The notes under the pieces: generated by a model
Database searches by the model: none
Told to the model about the DNA's origin: nothing
Seen by the model: only the letters and a program-made list of their open reading frames with translations
Translations under genes and position numbers: made by a program
Part shown: piece by piece, positions 51,876 through 64,000 of the stretch
How positions within the stretch are numbered: the stretch's first letter is position 1
Layout: each line of letters starts with the position of its first letter
Assembly: GCA_050575255.1 (NCBI GenBank)
Contig: JBNZDD010013634.1
Location: forward strand, 3,259,538 to 3,323,537
Source of the DNA: Harriotta raleighana
Taxonomy: Eukaryota
DNA: 64,000 nucleotides
Direction of reading: 5' to 3'

Positions 51876-54800
51876 TGAGCTTTTGATGCTCAGAGACCTA
51901 TTATGAGAGGATTAGTATTTAGTATTTTTGGCTTAATGGCAATTTGAATCTATTTTACTTTGCTACTCATAGAATTAATGATAATTTTATGCAGTACATT
52001 TGTAGAATTTATTGTATTGTGAAGAGTTGCTGCTGTGCTGTCAGACAGCGGCAAGTTGAGCACCCAGAGGGTTTTATTTGACATCGATGTCGCTCATATC
52101 CATATCAAACGTGCTACAAGTGTAGAAACATTGATGGATCCTTTTGGCTTCCAGTAACTTATGATCAGCAGCCTGTAAATATCTTCAACGACATTGTTAT
52201 GTTGAAGCTCACCCAACGAGAAGGCCTTTGCTCTAGTGTGGACCTGAGCCATGCATGCAACTAAAGTTGTTGATTCCATCAGATAGGGATTGGCCTTAAC
52301 CATATGTACAAAGGCGTCAGATAACAATAATCCTTGAATTTGATATAGCATTTTCACATCCTTTAGACGTCTCAAAGTGTTTCACCGAATATACTGTAAA
52401 GAGAATTGACTGTATATGTGGGCGAAGTGCAGCAGCCAATTGCATACAGCAGTGTCCCACAAATACTCTTGCATTGGAATGATCAATTTATTGTTGTTTT
52501 TCGAGGGATCAATATCAGGCGTGTGGAGTAAGGGAACTTGCCCAAGGTTTCACCCTGCCTGGAAATGAACCCAGGTCTCTCTTGCAAGGCGAGTGCTCTA
52601 ACCACTGACCTGGAGACTCCACATGATACTACACAGTGTTTTGACTCATTTGATTGTTATTTTTCTCTTCGTTGGTTGTATAACCAGCTTTATTCACCCA
52701 GTTCCAAGTCTGAACTCACAAATGGTAAAATGTAACTGAAACTTTCGCGGGAAAAACATTACCTACAATTCCCAGTACACTTTCAACTGAAGCGAATGAT
52801 AGTGTGGTTCACAAAAAAGTCCAGTGTACTGTACTTCGAAGTGTATTTTCCATCAGAAATAATTACCAAATAGACAAATAGGGTTGACATATTATGAGCA
52901 AATAAATGTATGCTGTTGAGAAGTAGGGTATTTAGGAATGTACTAATCCCTTTTTGACCTCTCGCAAAGTATATTTTCTAACACATAAATAAACTGAATC
53001 TCCTTGTAACCCTATTCTGGAGTACCTCAAGCCAAATACGCTTTCATAGTGTGAGTTTGCATTTTTGCAAACAAAAGAAGCAAAATGTGTGCACGTCAAT
53101 CATTGTCACACTCTCATTATTGTTGGAGCTGAGTTATAGAATAATGTTGCTGCATTTCCCATCTGTAATTGGATCTGTGGTGAAAGTAATCACATTAAAA
53201 CCTATAACACATAGAAAGAGCATATGATTTGACATTTTAAAATAGCCATTTTTCTTTCATCATTATTTAATGTGGGCCATGATCTCTGCTTCCTTGGCTC
53301 TGACATTAATTACACAGGGCTGTCCTTTGATCAAAAAGCTTTTATTTATAGCTAGTATTAATCATGGCCTGGGGATAAATTCTGTTGTGTTCTGCAATGT
53401 GGTATGCCGTTACTTTGTCAGAAATCAAGCAGTTACAAAGAAAGAAATGCCGGAAGATTTTCTAATTATTTCCTCCCTGAGGAACCACCCTCATTTTGAG
53501 AAACTGATCAGAATCTCTATTACAAAATGCTGGGTATAAACTGGATCAATGAATTTCATTTTCTAGAGATTATTTTCATTATTTTCTTTAAATTGCAGAA
53601 TGTTCAGGGCAGATATTGCCTTCAAAGTGGACTCGGCACAGAATGTCCTTTGCAAGCGTCCTGTGTATATTTATTTTCTGTTTGATCAGATTAATTGAGG
53701 GGATATCCTCTTCCCTGATGGCATTTCCTGCTCCTATGAGTTTTCAAAGCTGATAAAACTAAAACATTGAGTGACTGTAAGATCCAAAGTCCTTTTCAAG
53801 GTTGCATTGCAATAGTATTTATTGGAACCAATGTATTGCTTACTGCTGTACATGTATCCGCTAAAGCAGCTTGTTCTTGTTTGTCACATTTCAAGCGTTT
53901 AAAAGCGATTGTGTTTGATTCTCATTATCCTTGAACCCTTTAAAGGGATTATATTGCTATATGGCGTGGTGTAATACTGCATGCAATCTGCTACTGTGAA
54001 GAAATTATTTATTGGAGGGGTAGTTTTAATTGTCAAACGTGGCAATATCCACAAGAAAATTCAACCATGATAGACTGGATTCAGTCACACAAAATATATG
54101 GCATGCTTGCACTTTTAAGTCTACTTTGAAGCAATATCTGTCCTGAACATTCTGCAATTTAAAGAAAATAATGGGAATAATCTCTGCCAAATGAAATTCA
54201 TTGAACAGATTTATGCAGAGCGTTTTTAATAGAGATTCTTGGTAGAGATAGCAAGTAAGGATTGGGGGTGGGAGGGGGGGGGAAAAAAGCCATCCACTTT
54301 CTTTGTTTATGTAGATTGTCATTTGGGGCTTTCACTGATTACAAGTAAAGAGCTATCTCCTGAGGAAACAACACAGGATGTGCTGTCATTTCATGACCTT
54401 TTTATAACTTTTTCATTACCTTTCTTTAAATACAGTAAATATCCAAAAGATTGCTATTTTTAGAATGCAATTTGATGGATTCCAATGTCAGCTATTTAAT
54501 GTTAACCGCTTTTTGTTAACAAGACTTTCTCTACATTGTTGCTGTGATCATCCAATTCGAGTACTTGAAATGTACAGCATATTTGTTCCATTTAAACATA
54601 TTGTGACTTGTATCCTAAGCTTCCTGCAGACATCTCCTTCGAGACAAAGAGGATATGGGAAAGGGCAGAGTGTCAGTGCCATTTCTGCTCAATAAGCCAG
54701 CTTCTTACTGTGATTTTGAAATGTTTCGCCCTTTTCCCTGCCAAAAAAATAAGAGTAGAAAATAAACTCACAATCCGTGTTGGCTCCTTCGTTTTAGCAT

Positions 54801-54923
54801 TATCTGCTCTAAAGGTGTGAAGAAGAGATTTTTTGTGTACATTTATTACAGTGGTATGGTTCTCACTCAGTTGATGTGATAAACAACATTGCTCACACTG
54901 AACAAACACTCTTGGTTTTGCAG

Positions 54924-55070
54924 GGAGCGTTGCCATTTGATGATGATAATCTGCGACAGTTATTGGAAAAGGTAAAGCGTGGAGTGTTTCACATGCCACA
55001 CTTTATACCGCCGGACTGCCAAAATCTCTTAAAGGGAATGATCGAGGTAGATGCCACAAAACGCTTGACA
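54924..55070 (+). CDS. BRSK2: BRSK2 exon 8 equivalent (147 bp): [49 protein letters not shown]
   Basis: ttttgcag acceptor, gtaagt donor; lies within ORF 54876..55106; kinase C-lobe. Confidence 0.97.
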
Positions 55071-55354
55071 GTAAGTATCGCTTTTCCCTTTCTTCCCTCC
55101 AACTGAGCAGCCGTATTAATCTCTTGCTTAACCATACGAATCATGTACGCTCCATTCTTCCATGAATATCATTGAAAAATTGTGCAAGGACAGCAAGGCA
55201 ATGCAATTGTTCCACTATGTCAAGTGCATTTAAGTGTACAGTGAAAACCCTCTATATTTGGAATAAAATTCACAGCTGAAGGAATGGTGTTCTTTCCCAG
55301 CTGGTTGGGTTGTTTCCCAATCTAATTTTTACCCTAATTAAAAGTCTCCATTCA

Positions 55355-55465
55355 AATAAATAATTTGCATTTGAAGTAACGTCTTATTTCGTCTTCAAGA
55401 CTACTCAAAGCGCTTCACAGAATATACCATAAAGTGAATTGTCCATCTATTTTGTGGGCAAAAAT
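55355..55465 (-). mobile_element. Family A SINE 3' fragment
   Basis: ctcaaagcgcttcacagaatataccataaagtgaattg. Confidence 0.7.
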
Positions 55466-58359
55466 GACTAACTGAAGCATAACTGATGACTCAGTCCCTG
55501 GTATTCCAATTAAAAATATTGGGATGAATCACTCACTAAAGATGTGTATTTGTGAGCTGTTGAGATTACAAATATAGTCATTGTCCTTCAGATAAGCAGC
55601 TAGCAATTTATTTTTTTCTAAAACGCAAATCACTTTTGTATAATTTTTGGGATGTTTTCTGTCAATTATAATTTTCTCCGCCAAGCAGATCAGGCATGAG
55701 CATCACACGGAGTGGGAGCAGTGTTTCACTCTCAGAGTAAGCAGCAGAGTGCATCACTGTAAGGAGGCGGTTAATTAACAGAGATTTGGTTTGAGAGGTT
55801 CGACAGAAAAAATGCGACGTCGCGGAGGCGATAGCTGTTGTCTTTGCGATTGGCAGAGGAGGCACTTTCTGCCGATGGGTTTTGTGACAGCGTTTTTTTC
55901 AGTTAGTGCTGTCGTTTGACTCTTGTTCAAAACCCATTTGTACCTATGCCAGGGGTGACTGGCAAGTGGGATGAAGAGAATGTTTCTCATTACTTTCCCC
56001 ATGTTCAACAACAAAACACAAAGCTTGACCCTGAAATCAGCTGTTCTTTCCTTGGAAGAGGCGGTGGTGTTTTGTTCATCCATTATCTCTTACAAATTTC
56101 AGTTCAAAACTTAGATAGATGCCGTAAATAGAATATAGCATGACGTACGCAGGTGTGAGGCCTTTTTTGGTCTCTAGGCATTGCTTGTAAACACAATATA
56201 AAATACAAAATTGCATTTGTATAGCTAAAACGTTCTATTTATTTAAGATTCGTCAAATATGCGTTGTGTAGCGCTACGAGTAGCTAAATGTGTCTCCGTT
56301 TCCACTTTTTTTTCACCAAGTTTATTTTTGTCAGACTGGCCAATCACTCAAAATCTCCATAACTGGATCAGAAAGCACGATAGAGAAATCCGTGCCTTCA
56401 CCAACTCCTGTATCCTGAACCTTCAGCAGTTTTAGATTTGATTGACACAGAAAGAAAAAGTTCTCAAAACTGCTTACTGCTTATTGTGAGCTTGGGGATT
56501 TGCCATCTCCTGTTTTCAAGCGAGAGAACTTGTTGAAAATATCTCCCCAATACAGAGATTGACAGTTGTCTAATTCCTTGTAATGTCTATGAAATACTAT
56601 TCCGCAACCTTTCCTTTGCCTGGCCATTAACAGTTGGAATAACTGCCATTTCAGGAGAAATTTGTGTTCAGTTCTTTACATCAGCCTATCTCTCAAAACT
56701 TTTCATTTTGTTAGATGTATATGTAAATACCTCATTTACAGTGGCAATGCATTCTCTGCTGAAGGCTTGTCTGCCTTTACATACTCACTTCCCGTCCTTC
56801 ACTGCTGAAGTCTGTTTGCATTGTAATACATCACCTTGTCATTCTCCAGCGGGGAAAATTGTATTGGTTATAACCAAGTTCATCATGGGATTTGCTGTGA
56901 ATGCTGAGTTTTTTGTGGGGGGTTGAGTTTGTACATAATGAAACAGTAGGTTGGTTTGTTTTCATGGGTTTTGAAGGGTGTAATATCGATTAAGGACTTT
57001 GCGTTCTGCACAAAATGTTACTTAGACTCAGTGATATTTGTGTACGCTGCAATAATTACACCACTAAATATTTCAGAAGGGAATGAAGTCGGTTTGCGTC
57101 ACAAACCTAATCATTGTTGAGAAACAATAGCTTTCATGTTTAAGATAGGAATGGATTAGCGCAGATCCTACAAGTTGCTTTGAACATGGCAAGCATTTCA
57201 GGCTGACTATTAGCTCCGTGAATACCCACATGACCAGAGACACAATGGTTTTCATGACTAAATCTTTATTTTCTAGACAACAGTGGATAGAAATCAGTTG
57301 GTCTTGCAAACCCCCCCCCACCCATCCTCCCACCACCTGCACACACATGCACCCGCTCCCATGGTTTGCAGACAATGAACAAACTTATGTTGCTGAGGTT
57401 TTACAGTGTACTGTTGTTATTCTTAGCTCTCCATCGTGGGAAATGAACCTCAACTTTATATCCCTTTAGGAAGTAATCCTTTACACAAAGGGTAGTTAAT
57501 TCACAGTTCAAATCAGTTATCAGAAAGACATTAAGGTTGGAATTCCAGAAGACTGATCTCAGGTGGGAAGGAGCTATAACCAAATGCCTTTTGTGTTCTT
57601 TTGATATGAGAAAAATCCTTAATTTCCTCATATGATGAGTTAGTTCTTCATGTCAGCCAGACCATTAAGGGGATGTGTTAAGGATGTGCTCAGGTCTTGA
57701 TAAGCATGCCCACCATAGGCTGTGTATCAGTCCCTTTGACTGAGCAGTTATGAGTTGCAAAGAGTGGGAGAGAAAGTATATCAAAAAGATTAAGAAATGC
57801 TGCTGTCCCTATTCAATAGGGTGATAGATTACAAATCAGCCGTTAATCAGCAAAGTTAATTTTCTGCCTAAATAAAAGTTGAACACTCAGAGCTCAGTGT
57901 ATATTCATTGTTAATTAACATACACTGTTATTAGGCACTGAAGCACTCAGTCTACTTTATGCATGGGTGTCTTTTAATCATCATTTAATGCACACCTTCT
58001 TGCCATTAATGATGAACTAATGGCTCTCAAATTTCTTTGAAGTAGTTGGTTTCTAGAGTGGCGTTAACATTATTATAAATGTTTTGTGGCTTCTATTCCC
58101 TTTTTACTCTATTTTTATTATCATTAGTCTGGAAATGAGCTGGAAAACTAATACTGTGTGGTGCTGGCAACTGTGGATACGCAGATCACTCAATATCACC
58201 TAATATTTCTGCTCTAATTAATTTAAATTTATTTCTAATGCAAAAATACATACCTGCAATCTCTCTTGAGTTTGCTCATGTATATTAAAACGCTCTGAAA
58301 ATCGCAAGATTTGAAGTAATTTTGTCAGTTTCAGGCTTGATTTTGATGGTTATTGTTAC

Positions 58360-58485
58360 AGTGATCCCCAACAGAAATCCACAGTCACTACATTTGAAGT
58401 GAATCCCATGAGGCACTTTGAGATGTTTTGACAACAAGATAAGAGACTATATCAAATACAAGGATTATTATAATATTATTATTAT
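58360..58485 (+). mobile_element. SINE 3' fragment
   Basis: gaggcactttgagatg...ctatatcaaatacaaggattattataattatt. Confidence 0.65.
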
Positions 58486-59736
58486 GCCCCTGAGGAGCCT
58501 GATTTTATTTCTCCCACATATTCATGTCAAAGTCCTGCCATTTGATTAACGTATTCCTGTTAGCAACAAACCTTTAGTGAAGAAAGTCCTTTTATTTTTC
58601 TGTTAAAAATATTCGGCGCTTGAGTATGTTATAAGTTCATGTTGGTAGCTCACCTACCAATAAAAATAAAAGAAGACATCCCTCTTTTTTGGTTAAACCA
58701 GAGGAGGTTGTGGGGGAGTGGTTGCGGGGATGGGGTGGCTGATTCTCTACCGATCGGTACATTGACAGCTGGGTGTAAATTGGGAGATGAGCAAAGGGAA
58801 ATGAAACTGGTGAATCCTGGATGTCACGATCAATCCTGACGCTGATTTTTATGAAAGTCAAAGTGGAAATCGGTGTCTGAGCGGAGTTCCTGAGAGTTCC
58901 AGAAGCCTAGCCTCTCGCATCAGGGATTCATGACGAAACTTGCAAATCTTTTGCAATGCCGTCAATCTAGGGTTAGGGTTAACCCTAATCCTCCACCCTA
59001 ACCCAATCGCATACACCTTCCATAAACTGTTAATCAAAGGCAGGTGAAGATGCAGTGTACACTCAAGCTGCTGAGACTATATTCAGGGACTAATATCTTT
59101 GATTCGATGTAAACTGGTTGTTTCAAACTATTTATCTTACCCAACACGGCAGCGTGGTCTTGAATGCATATTTAAAGCAAAAGCAGTCATTTTCTATTGG
59201 GTTGTGTTGACTTGGCTCTTGACAGGGAGGATTTAAAGATTTATTATTCAGGTGCGACATCTGTTTGTGTTTAAAGCACTGTGGTGTAAATTTGCCAATG
59301 CTGCCCTGACATTATTGAAAAACCTGAGCACCCTCCCTTTCACTGCTGCTGAAGGAAGAAAAATAATGCTGCCTCCAGCCATTTACAGAGCGTATTCACT
59401 GTTGTAAACATGTAACCAGTGTCAGGCGAGTCCAAAGCGACTGACTACGGTGTGTTAAATGAGCTTATAATAAGTACCCTGTTATACCTTTCACGTCAAC
59501 CAAAAACCTAATGGAATTCTAGAGTTCAGTCTGTTTGCTATTAAATAGCAGTTTGATGAAAAACATATTATGTAGTTTTGACAGAATTTTCTATTAAAAT
59601 GTTTATATTGTGTGTGCTGTGTATGTATTGTGTGCGAGTTATGTGTGTGTATATAGATATAATTATACAATATAATACGGTGCAATTCTTCATCCTGCTG
59701 CAATTAATATATTATTTCCTATTTTTTTCTTAACAG

Positions 59737-59768
59737 CTAGACCAGATCCAGAAACATTCTTGGTATAT
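59737..59768 (+). CDS. BRSK2: BRSK2 exon 9 equivalent (32 bp): LDQIQKHSWY(I)
   Basis: tttttttcttaacag acceptor, gtaagt donor; phase 0-2; end of the kinase domain. Confidence 0.93.
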
Positions 59769-61455
59769 GTAAGTACATTTATTAGTTTGATGGCATTTAT
59801 TATTCTTTGTTTGTTTTGAGATCTCTGTCTTTCCTAATGGCACGTTCAACTTGTTAAACTATTCCTAATTTCTTACACTCTCAAATCTTGTGCTACATTG
59901 TTAACTTGATTGAAAAGCCCAATGGAATGGTTCGAGATTTCATTTCTTCTCGAGACCTTTTTTTTAAATGTATGAAATATTTTTTTCCTGAAAATCTTAG
60001 AAAACTGGGCAAATCTTTTATCCTGATGCGTTTGTTTATCAACAGCTGTGGTTGAGATAAAATTTGTTTTAGACTTGCTTCTCGCTCATCTTTCCCACAT
60101 TTTATTTTGCTGCGTCTTGTCTTTAACCTTCTCTCCCCCACCCCCCCCACCCCTTCCCCAATGCAACAAAATAATCATTGTTGTGAATGAGTGGGTGGCA
60201 AGAGCCAGACTGGTCTATGTTGGACCAACTGGCAGGTGTGTGATAGGGGCTTTGAGGAACTTCTTTCCTTGCTCCCTTCCCTTTGGCCCAGATGAGATTG
60301 AGTACACACTGACTAGTGACTTATGGCAAAGATGAACCCATCTCTATATTATTTCATGGTGCAGCTCGCAAGTACACCAGAAAAGTTTTTTTAAAAAAAA
60401 ACATTGTTGTGTGCCAGTATTGGCAATGATTTCCAAATGTCACATGAAGCTTTGCTCAGGAACTTTGCTGATTCAGATCCAGGCTGTAATATTGTACGTA
60501 GATGATCTGTCATTTGATCGGTACTGTTTTAGACGTAAGTCTGTCTGTGGGTGATAATCTCAGTTGGAGTGAGTCTTGCCTGACAGTATCACTCATTTAG
60601 GAAACCCATCCTCACTGCCCCTCTAATCTCCAATTCTGAGCTTGGCGCCCTTGGTGTTCTGCTATTTTCAACCAGGCTCCTTATCAGTGGGAAATTATTT
60701 GAAATTAAATACACTTAGTTTCTTCGGAAACAAAAGAAGGATGCAATTTAATGTCTTGCGTATTTTCAGGTTGGTTTCAGCAGAGATTAGCACTGTCTCT
60801 TCGGTGTGCAGAGCAACTTTCTGCATTACTTTTTGTTACTGATTGAGTGCAGCTAATTTCAGCACAAACGACACTTTTCCTGTCGTCAAATACTTTATGC
60901 GAGTGGTGGGAGTTTTATTACATGATCTACAACTGGCACGTGTGCAAGAGTGACCTTGCTGTGTGAGTCAATTGACTTCATTAGTATGTAAATGATTAGC
61001 TGTTTCAAGTGTATTCACTTAGAGAAGATCATAAAGTACGAGCTGCCTAGTTTAGTGCTTCAGAACACTCCCATTTACCTGTGGAACTGGGACTCAAGTG
61101 TAGCCCATACTAATGGGATGAATTAATTTGCCTTGGTCCAGCTCCTGATAACAACACATCGACAGCACATAAACTGCTTCTGTTTCAGTGTCAATTGATT
61201 TTACTCACTCAAAAGCCACAAAAGTGGACGTATGGGACAGTGTCTTGTGCAATAGGGGTGCTGTTAGGTTGGGATGAAACTGAATTGTTACAACTACATC
61301 ATCAATTGAGGATGGAGGAGAGGGGAGTTTATATCTAACCTGTGCTGGATAGGCTTGAAGTGTTGACCGTGAATATAAAAAAAAATAGAATCTCGTTTCC
61401 CCCCCACGAGTGATATCGTGAGTTATCAAAGGTAGATGTGAAGATTTGCAAGTAA

Positions 61456-61704
<249 letters not shown>

Positions 61705-61801
61705 TAAGTTTTTAATCACTTTGTTCATTTTTCCACTTGTGTTACCAGCTGAATTAACATCAACACTGCTCATCATTCATTAATCATGTGTCACTTTCCA
61801 A

Positions 61802-62290
61802 TGTCAGCCTGGCTCATTTGGTAGTCCCTTCCCACCTCTGAATCAAAAAGGCTGTGGCTTTAAATCACACATTAGCTCATAGTGTAAGACGACAACCCTC
61901 TAATATAGTGCTGGAAGAGTGTTGCATTTTTGGGTACCCAGTCCTTCATTAGTCATCACCATGTGTCCTTGATTCTCCCTGCCAGTTGAGATGGATATTA
62001 ACAATCCCATGGCATTCAAAACAAGAGGCATGTTTCTCCTGTTATCAGGTCAGAATAATAATACAGTAATAATAATCCTTGATTTGATCTAGCGCTTTTC
62101 ACATCTTATTTACGTCTCCCAGATGCAATATTAATCATTCACTTCATGCCTGTACGTGAGACATTGCTTTGGGCAAATTGGCTGTTGTGATCACCTACAG
62201 AGACAGTCACTGCACTTTATGACAACCTCTGTAAAGTTTGGGACATTTCAACGTGATCAGGTGCTACATCAAGGGCAAGGATTATTATTA
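61802..62290 (+). mobile_element. SacSINE1-like DeuSINE interrupted by an antisense family A tail (about 62055-62120)
   Basis: gtcagcctggctcatttggtag head; acattgctttgggcaaattggctg core; gcaaggattattatta tail. Confidence 0.7.
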
Positions 62291-63535
62291 CTTTATCACG
62301 ATGTGACGCCATCCACTTTGTATTCAAAGCCAACCCTACCTGTTCCACACTTCCACTGGTGCCCATTGAATGGAGAATAGAGATACCGACCTGTGACTGG
62401 CTTTATTCCCTCTTTGTTAAAGAGTATTCTTGCAGTGCTTTCATTTTCCATTTATATCATCCAATAAGCATGATCCATCATCAATAGTATTCCGCTCCCC
62501 GATGCTCGGTCAGCAGCACGCAATTGATTGGTGTGAGATGTGCTGAACTCCACAGGGGATGGTGAAGCTTGACTATGTTGTGAAGAGGTAATAAATAAAT
62601 GAAGTGGGAACTGCTTATTGTGATCAGTCTTAGGAGCTTCCAGTATTACCAGCTGGAGAGTGAGTGGGGGGTAATAAAGCTAGCATTGTTCAATAAAAAC
62701 AATGATGATGTCTTAATAGAGAGGATGATACTTTGGCACGTCATATGACACAGTGTGAGGAGTATTAGAGGAGTATTAATAAAATAGGTCTGTGCCAGTG
62801 AAAGCCCCAGTTTAATTGCAGACTTGCTGCTTGATGCACGGAATCCTGCGATGGTATAAGACAGAAACCAGTCAAAGCAACTTTTATTGCTTGAAGCGGG
62901 TACAGATCATTCTTCTTTTTTTTAAAATCTGCTTTTTTGGGGGTCAAAATATTTACCAGGCTGTGCAATGATTAATTGATACAAATTTGACGAGAGTGCA
63001 TCACTTCATAGACTGACATAAACTGTGTGCAAAGAAAAGTATTTGTAATTGGGGTGATGTCAATGGGAATCTTTTACTCTGTGCTTGTCACCTGTTAATG
63101 ATTGCACAGCATGTTGAAGATTGTGCAGATATAAAGTGACCTATTCGCTTGCAACTTTCTACAAATCACAAATGTTCCTGATCTCATGATTCAGTCCCTG
63201 ATCTCCTGTGTTAAACTGCTCTCAGTTCATTATCATCAGCGTATCGTACACAGCGGTCACTTTTCTCTAGCTGCAAGCAAAGGAAACGTTGGTATGAGTC
63301 TCAATTAATGTACTTCTTCCGTAAAATGTTTAATAATGAATTGAGTTCTGACAGTAAACACGCAGCGGGTGTAAATTCACCGTGCAAATCTTTCACTGAA
63401 TTCTGGATCTGTATGAACCTAGAAAAGGTTAAAATGGAAATATTACCTGATGCAACACAGGAATTCACATGCCACAGTTAGAATTGAACTGAATTGGCAT
63501 TTAACATGCCCATAGACTGTTCAGTATGTGCATTA

Positions 63536-63829
63536 GAGTTCTGCAGCTCAGTGGTTAGAGCACTTGCCTTGCAGCAGGAGACTTGGGTTCAAATCCAGGC
63601 AGGGCAAAACTTTGGGCAAGTTTCCTTACACCACACAACTAAAAATAATCTTTTGGGGAAAAACTAAATTGGTCATTTCAATCCACGACTGTTTGCTATG
63701 CGTTTTGCTGCATTTTGCCCACAAATATTTTGTCAAGTCACTTTACAGTATATTCTGTGAAGCACTTTGAGACTTCAAGAAGACCTGAAAAGCACTGTAT
63801 CAAATGCAAGGATTATTATTATTATTATT
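63536..63829 (+). mobile_element. Family A SINE, full length
   Basis: gcagctcagtggttagagcac A box, ggttcaaatcc B box, body and (ATT)n tail. Confidence 0.9.
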
Positions 63830-64000
63830 CACAGGGTTGTATTGTTAGTCTCTCACCTCTTCTGTGAGCTTAGGGACACAGGCATTAGAAGAAAAAGCAT
63901 TTCACCCATATCATTTAAATCTGGAAATGTTTTACTTTCATTTTATGCTTTAAGTTTCTTTCAATAAATACAAGATAATCTAGTTGTGAGAGTTGAGAGT

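Noticed and set aside
63536-63600. tRNA genes at SINE heads (also 15433, 18610-18688, 30884)
   Set aside because: A/B boxes run straight into SINE bodies, copies are diverged, and there is no intact acceptor stem.

Overview
Eukaryotic, AT-rich vertebrate genomic DNA, most likely a cartilaginous fish (probably a chimaera/elephant-shark-type holocephalan, inferred from the repeat families). The whole window appears to lie inside one + strand gene, the SAD-family Ser/Thr kinase BRSK2. Six coding exons, equivalent to human exons 5-10, lie between 37805 and 61703 with canonical AG/GT sites and consistent phases; the first 37.8 kb appear to be one long intron. Introns carry many tRNA-headed Deu-domain SINEs, CR1 and L2 LINE fragments, two related pogo/Tigger-like MITEs and a Penelope-type foldback with a degenerate hammerhead core. 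Four N gaps are each flanked by a direct duplication, one duplicating exon 7; these are most likely assembly artefacts. The most unusual real-looking signal is a recurrent set of local inverted duplications (about 115-135 bp copied from 400-650 bp away), two with clear template-switch junctions. Nearly all ORFs in the provided track are spurious. I found no convincing novel protein-coding system.
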